Shown here: positions 30,947 to 40,712 of the stretch, in pieces
Layout: every line of letters starts with the position of its first letter
Numbering within the stretch: position 1 is the first letter of the stretch
Source of the DNA: a virus
Taxonomy: Duplodnaviria > Caudoviricetes
Length of the DNA stretch: 64,000 bases
Strand: one strand, 5' to 3'
Virus record (IMG/VR): IMGVR_UViG_3300023105_001451
Coordinates: 32,001-96,000 of that record
The notes under the pieces: model-generated
What the model saw: only the letters and a program-made list of their open reading frames with translations
What the model was told of the DNA's origin: nothing
The model's database searches: none
Made by a program: the position numbers and the translations under genes

Positions 30947-31476
30947 TGGTAAGAAGCATTGGAGTATGTAACACAATCAACTGGGATGCAGTAATTAAAG
31001 ACTGCGAAAATTCAAATCCTGAGTATGTAGGACCTAGTCATAAGCGTGGAGATAATATACCTGGTTTAGATCCTATATTAGACATGTGGGAAGAAGCAGG
31101 ATATAAAACTGTACACGAAGGTGGAACTGCTGGATGGGATATGTTTATTCCAGGTAAACAATTTGACACAAGCATAGTAGATGCTTGGAACGAACACTAC
31201 AATTTAGACTGTAAAAATGTTTGGATAAGCAGAGTATGGCCCGGACGGTTTGCTCCTATACATTGGGACGTACACGATGACGAAGAAAACTTACCCGAAT
31301 GTGCAAGATATCACTCGCATATTGGTAAGCCTCAGTGGGGACATATTTTTATTGTAGACGATAAATGTTTGTATAATAGAACACAAGGTGAAACGTTTAG
31401 ATGGGAAAATAGAAAATTATGGCATGCAGGAACTAACTGTGGTACAACACCTAAATATATATGGAATGCTTGGTAA
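30946..31476 (+). CDS. 2OG-Fe(II) oxygenase-like cupin, tandem paralog of 30371
   Basis: PIHWDVHD...WHAG; TAATG-coupled start at 30946. Confidence 0.7.
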   Translation: MVRSIGVCNTINWDAVIKDCENSNPEYVGPSHKRGDNIPGLDPILDMWEEAGYKTVHEGGTAGWDMFIPGKQFDTSIVDAWNEHYNLDCKNVWISRVWPGRFAPIHWDVHDDEENLPECARYHSHIGKPQWGHIFIVDDKCLYNRTQGETFRWENRKLWHAGTNCGTTPKYIWNAW

Positions 31477-31485
31477 GGAGAAAAG

Positions 31486-32082
31486 ATGGAAAAAGTATTA
31501 TCAGAGATGCCTAGAATATCAGTTTTTACTGATGTACTTACAGATGAAGAATCAGATTACTATGTAAAAAAATACAGTGAACTAGGAATGAATCCTGATG
31601 CAGGATTAGAATCACGAGAGCAAACAAATGGGCAAATCACAGAAGAAGTAGAACAGCGTAGTATTAGCTGGGATACTGATAACGAAGATAGAGAGTTTTT
31701 TAAAAAACGTCTTGCAGAAACAGTTGGATTTCCGATTGAACATATAGAAGCAGGCGATATTTATAGATATCAACCTGGACAGTATTTTGGTCTGCATCAC
31801 GACTTTCCTTACACTCCAGAAGAAATTGCATATTATGAAAAAGGTGGTGACAGAAAAGCAACAGGTATTTTTTGGTTAACAGGTGACTTCGAAGGCGGTA
31901 CTTGTGATTTTCCTGAACTAGATGTATCAGTAAAGCCTGTAAAAAATGGTATGTTTTATTTTGAATATGACTACGAAGATGAAGCAATTAATCAGTCAAC
32001 TATACACGAAGCAATGCCCATAACAAAGGGAGAAAAATGGATCGCAGCATTTTTTATTGCTAATGGTCCAAGAGTAGAATGA
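31486..32082 (+). CDS. Prolyl 4-hydroxylase-like 2OG-Fe(II) oxygenase
   Basis: YRYQPGQYFGLHHD..DRKAT..FEGGTCDFP..IHEAMPITKGEKW. Confidence 0.85.
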   Translation: MEKVLSEMPRISVFTDVLTDEESDYYVKKYSELGMNPDAGLESREQTNGQITEEVEQRSISWDTDNEDREFFKKRLAETVGFPIEHIEAGDIYRYQPGQYFGLHHDFPYTPEEIAYYEKGGDRKATGIFWLTGDFEGGTCDFPELDVSVKPVKNGMFYFEYDYEDEAINQSTIHEAMPITKGEKWIAAFFIANGPRVE

Positions 32083-32522
32083 AGTTTTATATAACAGGTA
32101 GTACAAAGGGGCTAGGAGAATATCTAGCAAAATATTTTCATTGTAAGAGCTTTAACAAGCCTCTTGCATTGAATGAAGATATTGATTTAATTTGTGATAG
32201 TATTGATGAAGGTAGCACTGTTATATTAAATGCACATGCAAGTCAATTAGAGTATGTAGAACGTTTGAAAGATAAGTGTAAACTAGTTGTTATGGGCAGT
32301 ATTGCAGCAGTAAATTTTGATCCTGAAATGGCAGAATACAGCAAAGAAAAATGGGAACTGGAAAAAAACGTACAACAGTTAGCATTACACAACAAGTATC
32401 CTATGTTGTATTTACAGTTAACGAGTAGCAGTTATCGTGATTACCAAATGATTGCAAACAGTATAAAGTTTTGGTTAGAAAATCCAGACATAACTTTTAT
32501 AGGGTATAATATAAATGACTAA
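32079..32522 (+). CDS. Minimal short-chain dehydrogenase/reductase
   Basis: ITGSTKGLG, LNA, MGS, YSKEK; only 147 aa. Confidence 0.65.
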   Translation: MKFYITGSTKGLGEYLAKYFHCKSFNKPLALNEDIDLICDSIDEGSTVILNAHASQLEYVERLKDKCKLVVMGSIAAVNFDPEMAEYSKEKWELEKNVQQLALHNKYPMLYLQLTSSSYRDYQMIANSIKFWLENPDITFIGYNIND

Positions 32523-33111
32523 GAAAATAGTAATTACAGGACATACCGGCGGCATTGGTAAAGCAATATATGATAAATTTACAGAAGTAAGTTGTCATGA
32601 AATTATAGGTATGAGTCGCAGCAATGGTTATGACATCGAATCAGACTTTGACAAAGTTGTAGAAGAAGCAATTGGTGCAGAAATTTTTATTAACAATGCT
32701 TATAGAGACGAACAGCAACTAAAACTGTTTCATGCACTTAAAGATAAAGTTGATATGATGGTTGTTATGGGCAGTGTAAGTAGACATTATCCCGAACTTA
32801 TTCCTACAGATTATGTGCATGACAAACAAGAACTAGCAGAAGCATGTCGTTTAGAAAGCATCAATCCAAACGGTATTCCTATATTACATTTAGATTTAAG
32901 TTTTATCGAAGGCACTGAAATAAACAACAATGACCCTACAGCATTTAAAAGCGATTATAATACTAGTTTTGAAGATATAGTTGACACAATTATATTTTGG
33001 GCTCAAAAGCCGAGCATACGTCAAGTCGAATTTCGTTGGAAGTTAACTGAACAAGTACGTGCAGAATTAGAACGCATTAATCCAAATGTAGATTTTTCAA
33101 GAGTCGAATAA
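32515..33111 (+). CDS. Short-chain dehydrogenase/reductase
   Basis: ITGHTGGIG, FINNA, MGS, YVHDK. Confidence 0.75.
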   Translation: MTKKIVITGHTGGIGKAIYDKFTEVSCHEIIGMSRSNGYDIESDFDKVVEEAIGAEIFINNAYRDEQQLKLFHALKDKVDMMVVMGSVSRHYPELIPTDYVHDKQELAEACRLESINPNGIPILHLDLSFIEGTEINNNDPTAFKSDYNTSFEDIVDTIIFWAQKPSIRQVEFRWKLTEQVRAELERINPNVDFSRVE

Positions 33112-33771
33112 ATGTCGTTCTAATCTAATACAAATAAAAAGCCAATCTTCGTCTGACGGGTTCCATAATGCATGTGGACTATTTGTTGCATCAAATATGT
33201 ATGCATCATACAATCCCATATTATCGACTCTATCGTCTACTTTTAACTTAACTACGTCATTAGACTTTATGTTGACTAACAATGAATAGTTAGGACGTCC
33301 ATCGTCTCCGTCAGTGTGCGTTGGCAATATACTAGAAGGAGAAAACCAAAAAATTAATGCTTCTCTAGCAATATCACATTTATCTAGATAAAGATTTTGT
33401 TCTTTTAATAAATTTTTTACATACGGGTGCGGCCAATCATAATCTGCATGATATGAATAAATTACCCTCCATTCGGATTCTTGTTTTAATAAGTATTGAC
33501 TTTCTTTAGGAAAACGGCATAACAACTCTTCTGTTAGTTCGTCACTTGCTGTTTCGCATGATGAAGTAAGATGTGCTATATTGTCTTTATAATGTAAAAA
33601 ACTCCAAGATTCAAAATCATCATATGTTGGATTTTTTAATATGTTTTCTTTAATGTCATCAACATCTAAGTTTTTAAAGTGTGATTTTACATACGTTACT
33701 AATTCTTTTACTTTAGATAACGCATCACCTTCTAAAACTTTTTTAACTCCGATATCTTGTTTTATATCCAT
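33097..33771 (-). CDS. 2OG-Fe(II)/beta-hydroxylase-like cupin
   Basis: PTHTD...FDATNSPHALWN. Confidence 0.65.
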   Translation of the reverse strand: MDIKQDIGVKKVLEGDALSKVKELVTYVKSHFKNLDVDDIKENILKNPTYDDFESWSFLHYKDNIAHLTSSCETASDELTEELLCRFPKESQYLLKQESEWRVIYSYHADYDWPHPYVKNLLKEQNLYLDKCDIAREALIFWFSPSSILPTHTDGDDGRPNYSLLVNIKSNDVVKLKVDDRVDNMGLYDAYIFDATNSPHALWNPSDEDWLFICIRLERHLFDS

Positions 33772-34319
33772 CGTTCAAATCTTTCTAAATTAGCAAAAAA
33801 CTTTTCTGGATGTATTTCCCATACAGTTTGATCTGTGTGTCTATAGTGTACATCTTTAATTTTAGATACAATACCTAGTTTAGCAAGTGTAGGAAAGTAA
33901 TAGCTATGCACAAGGCGTTGACTTGCTTCTTTACTAGCATTTGATGTAGCAAACATTCGTCCACGTCCTGCAACCCATTCTATGCACTGCGGCAGCAAAA
34001 ATTGGTCTGTTAAATTTTGATGTTCTGCTACAAGACGTTTAGGAGTAATTAATCCTGCGCCCTTTCGTTCTTCTGCAAACGTACACACACGAGTTAGTAT
34101 GCGATATCCGCCTGGCATAACATCATCAAAAGAGTGTGCAGCAACACTACCTACAGCATTATTGTTATTGTAAAGTATCCAAGCATTCCATTCACGTTCA
34201 TTACGAAAGCAATCTATCATTGCTTTTTGACTAGAGTTATTAACAAACCCTCGACGACTTGCTTCGTTATAAAAATTAGTTAAGTCTAAACCTTCGTGCC
34301 ATTCAACAGTTTTATACAT
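33762..34319 (-). CDS. Putative GNAT-fold acyltransferase
   Basis: AVGSVAAH..YRILTRVC..RKGAG pattern. Confidence 0.45.
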   Translation of the reverse strand: MYKTVEWHEGLDLTNFYNEASRRGFVNNSSQKAMIDCFRNEREWNAWILYNNNNAVGSVAAHSFDDVMPGGYRILTRVCTFAEERKGAGLITPKRLVAEHQNLTDQFLLPQCIEWVAGRGRMFATSNASKEASQRLVHSYYFPTLAKLGIVSKIKDVHYRHTDQTVWEIHPEKFFANLERFERWI

Positions 34320-35461
34320 TAGAATGCTTCCTTCTTTTGTAATAGCAGCTCGTCAACAACAGGAATATAATCGTAATTGTTTATAAGTTCGTTTAGTTTT
34401 GGATTTAATTTTTCAAAGTCTGCGTTTGTTACTTTTAATAATTTTTTATGCCAAGCAACAAAATAGTTGAACAAGTTTTTACTGTCTTGCTCCATATAAC
34501 CTAGTAAATCATTATAGCCATATTCTAACAAATAAGATTTTACATATTCTTTATAGTCAGTGGGCATCGCAATTAACGACATAAAATCAGGAGTAATTAA
34601 TGCATCTTTACTTCTAGTAAATTTTGGAAAGTTTTCGTCTAAAAATTTATCAAGTAAATGCAAGTAATTTACGTTATAAGGAGTTACTACACAATGTATT
34701 ACAATGTTAGTTTCTCCTTTTCTGTTGTCGTACAGATCATGAAAGTATTTTAAATTTTCTTTAACTTTATTCCATTCTGCACCAATTCGAATAAATTCAA
34801 ACAATCCTTCAACAGCATCGATGCTTATATTTAAATCAAGATATTTACAGTTTAAGAAAACATCTTCAACTACTCCGTTAGGAATAAGTGTTCCATTAGT
34901 TGAGCCCACTACCTTTAAATTTTCGAGTTCGCCTGATTCTTTAACTCTGTTACATATATCTGTAATATTTTTACTAAGTAATGGTTCTCCGCCAATTAAC
35001 TTTATAGTATCTAATTTTGAAAAGTCAACATTTTTATATAGAGTAGTATTGTATGCAGGAGACGAAGCACGACCAAACAAATTTATTTCTTCTTTAATCC
35101 ATGCTGTGCTTCTTCCTGATGAACAAATATTACATTTTAGATTACACGTATTGTCTAATTCAAATTCCATAAATGTTAATTTTGGTTCAGTAAGTACTCC
35201 ATAATGTTCGATTGATTTTTGACGCATTGATTTCACACCAACATCTTCTTTAACCCAACATTCGTGACATTCGTCAACACGTTCTCCACTATCTAAACGC
35301 TTTCGTAAAGTATCCATTTCTCCGTGTAAATACTCGTTTTCAATATCGTCAGTTTTTAATCTAATATTACCTCGATACAAACAACATGGTAAAATATCAT
35401 GATTGTCACCGTCGTCTGGTAATAATACTACACTATTATAAGTTAGTGGACAGTGTTTCAT
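34319..35461 (-). CDS. Radical SAM protein with N-terminal Twitch/SPASM cluster
   Basis: CNLKCNIC, IGGEP; HCPL..PCC..ECHEC. Confidence 0.9.
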   Translation of the reverse strand: MKHCPLTYNSVVLLPDDGDNHDILPCCLYRGNIRLKTDDIENEYLHGEMDTLRKRLDSGERVDECHECWVKEDVGVKSMRQKSIEHYGVLTEPKLTFMEFELDNTCNLKCNICSSGRSTAWIKEEINLFGRASSPAYNTTLYKNVDFSKLDTIKLIGGEPLLSKNITDICNRVKESGELENLKVVGSTNGTLIPNGVVEDVFLNCKYLDLNISIDAVEGLFEFIRIGAEWNKVKENLKYFHDLYDNRKGETNIVIHCVVTPYNVNYLHLLDKFLDENFPKFTRSKDALITPDFMSLIAMPTDYKEYVKSYLLEYGYNDLLGYMEQDSKNLFNYFVAWHKKLLKVTNADFEKLNPKLNELINNYDYIPVVDELLLQKKEAF

Positions 35462-36147
35462 TTATAAATCTCTTTAGCAGCTTCCATAACATCGTCTCGA
35501 AAGTTTGTTTTAAAACTTTCAAATGCTAGTAGTTGTATTTCTTTATGCGGTGTAGGTGCTTCTACATCAATGCCCATAGAAGCCATTTTAGGAAATAAGT
35601 CTGCTTGTCTATCTTCACTAATATGACTCATTACACTACGCAAACTTATATCATTATCAGCTTGATCATAAGTAAAGAAATAATTCATACTTTTAAGTTT
35701 ACCGTTTATAATAAAGTAACTTGACGGATGCAAACTGTATTTGGTTAATCCTAAGTCTTTGTGTGCTTGTAGTATTTCGAGCATCTGTTTATCCCAGTCA
35801 GGCAATACCTGTGAGTAGTCTGTTCCTACACAGCCGGCAAGTTCCCACATATCAGGTCCATCTATTTCTAAATAAACTTTTCGTTCCTTTTCGTCGATAC
35901 TAAACTTAGGAATATGTTCAGGATAGTGTGTTTTCATTATCCTTAAAAATTTAACCTCACGTTCAAATTTTTCATCCATCAACGACGGGTCAACAACTTG
36001 ATTATGCCCACCGTGATAATTTTCGTCGTTGTAGTACCATTGACAAAAAAGTCCGTTTTTTGAAATTAAGCTAGTATAAATTAGATTATTTCTACATAAC
36101 CCTTTGCCAGGAACGTTGTTGTAATAATATTCATAATTCCCGTTCAT
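35458..36147 (-). CDS. Kinase-fold-like protein with non-canonical catalytic loop (paralog of 28747)
   Basis: FEREVKFL, HIPK, AHKDLGLTKYSLHPSSY..LKSMNYF. Confidence 0.4.
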   Translation of the reverse strand: MNGNYEYYYNNVPGKGLCRNNLIYTSLISKNGLFCQWYYNDENYHGGHNQVVDPSLMDEKFEREVKFLRIMKTHYPEHIPKFSIDEKERKVYLEIDGPDMWELAGCVGTDYSQVLPDWDKQMLEILQAHKDLGLTKYSLHPSSYFIINGKLKSMNYFFTYDQADNDISLRSVMSHISEDRQADLFPKMASMGIDVEAPTPHKEIQLLAFESFKTNFRDDVMEAAKEIYK

Positions 36148-36174
36148 GCAAATACTTATCTGGTAAGTATATGT
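36148..36174. promoter_or_regulatory. 27-bp divergent promoter cassette, TAAGTA-N5-ATG on both strands
   Basis: Minus TAAGTA 36153-36158 and plus TAAGTA 36164-36169; geometry identical to 28089-28115. Confidence 0.65.
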
Positions 36175-36990
36175 ATGATTAGAGGAATTGGTGGCAAACC
36201 ATACATTAACTTAGATCCTTATTTAGACATAAAGGGTTTTAGGAATCTGCATCCAGAAATTTGCAAAGGTTTTGCATTAGCAAGAGATTATGCAAAAGAA
36301 GGAACGTGGATGGCTCCTGGCTTTGACTGGAAGGACGCTTCTTATATTTTAAATTGGAAACCGATTTATCAAGCGTGGGATGACTATCAGTCATTGCCAG
36401 ACGACCACCCTATTAAGGTAGAAGGCAATAAAATATTACCAACAGACTTTGGCGACTATAGGCAACGAAACATTTTTACAAGATATTTAAAAACAACTAT
36501 GGGTGCAAATGACCCATACATATATTATTTTTTATGGAATGAAGGAGATTGGAATGAAAGGAACGCTGAACGTCAAAAGACTGAAGAAGCGATTTTCTTT
36601 CCGGGTGTCGTTAAGTGGGTTGAAAGCCTCCAAGAAGAAGGTATCATTAGCCAAATCGGAAGGGTAATATTTTTCCACTGTGATCACAACGGTAGAGCAT
36701 TTGAACATAGAGACTTAGATGCAAATAACGGAGTAATGGATGATAAGCAATATAGTCCGCACAATAATGAATTTATACATATACGCTATCGCACAAAAAG
36801 AGGATTTTATATTTGGGATCCTGAAAGCGAAAATAAACATTACTTGAATTGTAATGCAGCGTTTTGGAATGATCAAGATTGGCACGGCGGAGAAAGTAGT
36901 GCTGAAGTAGAATACGGATTAAGAGTCGATTGTAAATTTACTCCTGAATTTAGAAAAGTGTTAGGCATAAGTCATTTAGAGAATTACTAA
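36175..36990 (+). CDS. 2OG-Fe(II) oxygenase-like cupin
   Basis: FEHRD...WNDQDWHGG...LRVD. Confidence 0.6.
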   Translation: MIRGIGGKPYINLDPYLDIKGFRNLHPEICKGFALARDYAKEGTWMAPGFDWKDASYILNWKPIYQAWDDYQSLPDDHPIKVEGNKILPTDFGDYRQRNIFTRYLKTTMGANDPYIYYFLWNEGDWNERNAERQKTEEAIFFPGVVKWVESLQEEGIISQIGRVIFFHCDHNGRAFEHRDLDANNGVMDDKQYSPHNNEFIHIRYRTKRGFYIWDPESENKHYLNCNAAFWNDQDWHGGESSAEVEYGLRVDCKFTPEFRKVLGISHLENY

Positions 36991-37673
36991 TGAATATCGG
37001 GTTTTTTGGCGATAGCTTTAGCCACGAAAACAATAAGATTATTCAGATTGCAGATGGCTATAAAACTTATATACACCTCTTAGAAAAAGAGTTTAAAACA
37101 AAAATATCAATAAAAAGTAGAGGAGGCTGTTCGCACTGGGACATCATCTTAAATCAGTTCTTGCCAAACAAAGACAACTTGCCTGATATTTGTATTTTTA
37201 CTTGGCCTGATAAAAACAGATTTTTTCATAGAAAAATTAGGCATATACGCAGACAAGAAGCGTTAGAGTATTCAAATACAAAAAACAAATTTTTAAATAT
37301 AAATTATAGTAATGGTTTATACAAGAAGCAATGGAAAGCAGCAGAACTTTACTATAAAGATTTATTTGATGAAGAAAAAAATGATTTAGAATATCTTTCT
37401 TCATTATACTATTTTGATAATGTAATTTTAAAAAATATTCAAAACAAAAAATTTATACATTTATGGAGTTTTGAAAATGTTTATAATTGGAATAATAATA
37501 TTACATTAAAAACTCCTTTAGTTAAAATTGCAGAAAGTGTAATACCTAATTATCACGAAGGACCGAGAGAAACAAATAAAAATTATCTAGCAATGAATCA
37601 TTTACCTGGACAAGAATTAAATGATATTGTGTTTGAAAAAGTGAAAGGATTAATAAATGAAGTATGTAAATAA
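36990..37673 (+). CDS. SGNH/GDSL-like protein
   Basis: GFFGDSF block I, GGCS, C-terminal NHL. Confidence 0.55.
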   Translation: MNIGFFGDSFSHENNKIIQIADGYKTYIHLLEKEFKTKISIKSRGGCSHWDIILNQFLPNKDNLPDICIFTWPDKNRFFHRKIRHIRRQEALEYSNTKNKFLNINYSNGLYKKQWKAAELYYKDLFDEEKNDLEYLSSLYYFDNVILKNIQNKKFIHLWSFENVYNWNNNITLKTPLVKIAESVIPNYHEGPRETNKNYLAMNHLPGQELNDIVFEKVKGLINEVCK

Positions 37674-38145
37674 TTGGAAATACAATATTCATCCTTTACT
37701 TAGGCAACGTGTATTAGATACCGAAGGACAGGCCCGGCCTAGAGATTGGCCTCCAGCATTTGCAGTTGAGAGTGATGAATACAAACGTGCTGAAGAAGCA
37801 GGTTACGATTTATCGGCTGTACACTGGTGGGTTTATGAACAAGAAAACTTAGGTCCTGTAGTACTACCTTTAGAAAATAATTATCATTGGTGGATTACTA
37901 AACTATATCCAGGACAGTTTATGCCAATGCACAGTGATCCGCACACACACGAAAGTCCTTGTAAACGTTATTGGATTCCGTTACAAGATTACGAACCAGG
38001 ACATATTTTTATATATAAGAAACACTTAATGACTGACTATAAAGCATTTGATGTTTTTACTTACGATAAAAGTACAGATATGCACGGAGCAGCTAACATA
38101 GGGCATACTCCGAGGGTAGTTTTACAAGTTACAGAATACGTATAA
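37657..38145 (+). CDS. 2OG-Fe(II) oxygenase-like cupin
   Basis: PGQFMPMHSD...MHGAANIG..PR. Confidence 0.7.
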   Translation: MKYVNNWKYNIHPLLRQRVLDTEGQARPRDWPPAFAVESDEYKRAEEAGYDLSAVHWWVYEQENLGPVVLPLENNYHWWITKLYPGQFMPMHSDPHTHESPCKRYWIPLQDYEPGHIFIYKKHLMTDYKAFDVFTYDKSTDMHGAANIGHTPRVVLQVTEYV

Positions 38146-39121
38146 ATTCTTTATTTTTTGGTAAAACGTTAAGTTCGTTTTTAATAACCTCAACATTATT
38201 TTTAGGACACATACTGCATTCGTCTATATGACAATATATGTTAGACATAAATTTATCAATTTCTTCGTCTGTACAATTAGCTAAGTCTAATCCTTTATAT
38301 TTTAAATACTTTTGCCAATCTGGATCATCTAAAGATCCGTGTCTTGCCAAAAATGTTTCAAGTGTACCTAAAGCTGCACACTTATAAATTCTGCCGTCTC
38401 TAAGCAAAGCACAAAAATTACTAGGGCAACTGTTCCAGTAAGAAGATTTCGGATCGCCTTCGTCATAAGGTTTTGGCTTTCCGTCTACAAATTTTGTAAT
38501 AGTACTAAAATAGTCTGACTGAATGTAATACACACCGTATCCGTGATCTCCCATCCAAGCTCTGTCATTACCGTCTAAGTCGTCAGGAGTAAAATTAGTA
38601 GTGTCTAACCATTGTCGCCATTCGGGACCACCATCTTCTCTGCTGATAATTTTTCTCCACCATTCTTCGGCAGTACTTTCTTTTAAATCAAGTTTATCAG
38701 CTAAGTCTAATGTAGCCTGTATAATTCTGTTAGAATAACTTTTATCGTTAAATGCAGAAGTATGATCGCATACTTGTATACACATGTTATATTGTTTAGC
38801 TAAGTCTGCTACTAAATCTAAATTTTTACTTAGTAACATGCCGTTTGTAGGAAAAATTATTTTTGAATCAGGTTCCAATGATCTAAGATAGTCTAATATT
38901 GCCTTACACTTATCAATATATAATAAAGGTTCACCACCTAGTACTCCCCAGATGTCTACATTAAATTTTTCGTGAGCTAGTCTTATACTTTCTTTTATAC
39001 CTTCTAATTCAGGATCGTCAGAAGTGCCTCTTACATGATCACTCCTTGTGTCGCATTGACTACAAGCTAAGTTGCACTTGTTTCCATAAAATATGTCAAG
39101 TATTTTAATTTCTCTTTTCAT
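38129..39121 (-). CDS. Radical SAM protein with C-terminal Cys cluster
   Basis: CNLACSQC, LGGEP; C..C..GRIYKC...ECSMCP. Confidence 0.9.
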   Translation of the reverse strand: MKREIKILDIFYGNKCNLACSQCDTRSDHVRGTSDDPELEGIKESIRLAHEKFNVDIWGVLGGEPLLYIDKCKAILDYLRSLEPDSKIIFPTNGMLLSKNLDLVADLAKQYNMCIQVCDHTSAFNDKSYSNRIIQATLDLADKLDLKESTAEEWWRKIISREDGGPEWRQWLDTTNFTPDDLDGNDRAWMGDHGYGVYYIQSDYFSTITKFVDGKPKPYDEGDPKSSYWNSCPSNFCALLRDGRIYKCAALGTLETFLARHGSLDDPDWQKYLKYKGLDLANCTDEEIDKFMSNIYCHIDECSMCPKNNVEVIKNELNVLPKNKEFIRIL

Positions 39122-39842
39122 ACTGTTTCCTGTAGCTATTAGCTACTAAATCTATAAAATCATACTTTCTATTGCCAGGTATACCATGTGCAATTAAATG
39201 TGTGCGTGGGTACATACTTTGATTTATTACACTATGATATTTACGAATATTTATTATAAATGCCTTTCCGGCTAAAAACGGAACTATGCCCTCTCCTTCT
39301 AACGTCATTTTACACATAGGGGGATGTGTAATTGCTACATTAATAGGTACACCAAAGTCCAACATATCTATGCCTTGCTCTCCTGGTAGTCGCCCCGGAG
39401 CATCACTATGAGGAGATATTTCTCCTCGTCCTTCTAGTTGCATAAATCTAATACGTCTATATGTTTGATACGGAAAGTCTTCCCAAAACTTTTTTATATG
39501 GGGCGTTTTTTCACTTAGACTTGTCCATTTGTACGGCACTTCTGATTCGTCTTTCCAGTCTCCGTAATTAGTCCATGCTCCTGTTTTGTCTACATCAATT
39601 CCGTGTATACAAGAACTCCTCCAGCCAGGATGTTCACTACCTCTATGATCTACATATTCAGCAAATCGAGTTTCGCTTTCCCACAGCTTATGCGGAATGT
39701 CTATATCTAATTCTAGCCAAGCAAAGTCGCTTCTGTTCAACAACCAACTAGCAATATCGTAATTAGTTGAACAATATCGAGGTGCTTCTGGAAGTGTTGC
39801 GTTAAAATCTTTGTTTGCGTTATAGAATTCCAAGGCATTCAT
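39105..39842 (-). CDS. Aspartyl/asparaginyl beta-hydroxylase-like 2OG-Fe(II) oxygenase
   Basis: RIRFMQL..ISPHSD...YHSVIN..RTHLI. Start placed at 39842 (TAAATA-N5-ATG). Confidence 0.75.
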   Translation of the reverse strand: MNALEFYNANKDFNATLPEAPRYCSTNYDIASWLLNRSDFAWLELDIDIPHKLWESETRFAEYVDHRGSEHPGWRSSCIHGIDVDKTGAWTNYGDWKDESEVPYKWTSLSEKTPHIKKFWEDFPYQTYRRIRFMQLEGRGEISPHSDAPGRLPGEQGIDMLDFGVPINVAITHPPMCKMTLEGEGIVPFLAGKAFIINIRKYHSVINQSMYPRTHLIAHGIPGNRKYDFIDLVANSYRKQYEKRN

Positions 39843-39881
39843 AAACATATTTATGTGCGTATATTACTGATAAGTATGTAT
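39843..39881. promoter_or_regulatory. Divergent TAARTA-N5-ATG promoter pair
   Basis: Minus CATAAATA 39848-39855 with ATG at 39842; plus GATAAGTA 39869-39876 with ATG at 39882. Confidence 0.6.
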
Positions 39882-40712
39882 ATGGTTAAGCTAAAAATTC
39901 CACATTTAGAGTGGCACGTTGCTCACGCTTGTAATTTTACGTGCGAAGGGTGCTGCCATTTTTCTAATATGGGTCCAACTACTCCTATAAGTTTTGAAGA
40001 TATAAAAGATTGGTATAATACTTGGGCGCCTAGACTTGCTCCAAAAACTATAGATATATTAGGTGGTGAGCCGCTATTGAACAAACGTATTGTAGATATT
40101 GTAGAACTAACAAGAAACAAATGGGACGATCCTTATTTAGAAAGACTTGACATAACCACTAATGGTGTGCTATTATATAAGTATCCTGATTTGCCTAAAG
40201 TGCTTAGTGACAATAATTGTGGTTTAAAAATATCAAAGCATGGAACAAACACTGAGTATAATGAGCTTTGGAAAAGCATAGAAAGTATTGCATTAGAATG
40301 GAAAGAGAAATATAATATTAATGTAGACTTTTGGAAATCAGACGTTGTGTGGTTTGAGATGTACAAAGGGTTTGGCAATAGCATGGAACCTTTTGAAGAT
40401 AATAACCCAGAAGAAAGTTGGAATAATTGTGTAACAGGACAAGATTGTTTTCAAATACATGAAGGCAATATTTACAAATGCGCACCGCTTGCATACTTAC
40501 CGATGACAGGACAAATGTATAATTTGTCAGATAAATGGGATCATTATTTAACTTACAAACCAATTACACCAAATTGTACAGATAAAGAATTAGAAGATTT
40601 CTTTAATCGTAAAGCAGAAAGTTATTGTGGAATGTGTCCTAAGAATCCAAAAATTTTAAATAGAAAAAATGATCCACGCCTATCAAAAATACATTACGAG
40701 GAAATAAAATGA
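39882..40712 (+). CDS. Radical SAM protein with C-terminal Cys cluster (38129 subfamily)
   Basis: CNFTCEGC, LGGEP; C..C..GNIYKC...YCGMCP. Confidence 0.9.
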   Translation: MVKLKIPHLEWHVAHACNFTCEGCCHFSNMGPTTPISFEDIKDWYNTWAPRLAPKTIDILGGEPLLNKRIVDIVELTRNKWDDPYLERLDITTNGVLLYKYPDLPKVLSDNNCGLKISKHGTNTEYNELWKSIESIALEWKEKYNINVDFWKSDVVWFEMYKGFGNSMEPFEDNNPEESWNNCVTGQDCFQIHEGNIYKCAPLAYLPMTGQMYNLSDKWDHYLTYKPITPNCTDKELEDFFNRKAESYCGMCPKNPKILNRKNDPRLSKIHYEEIK

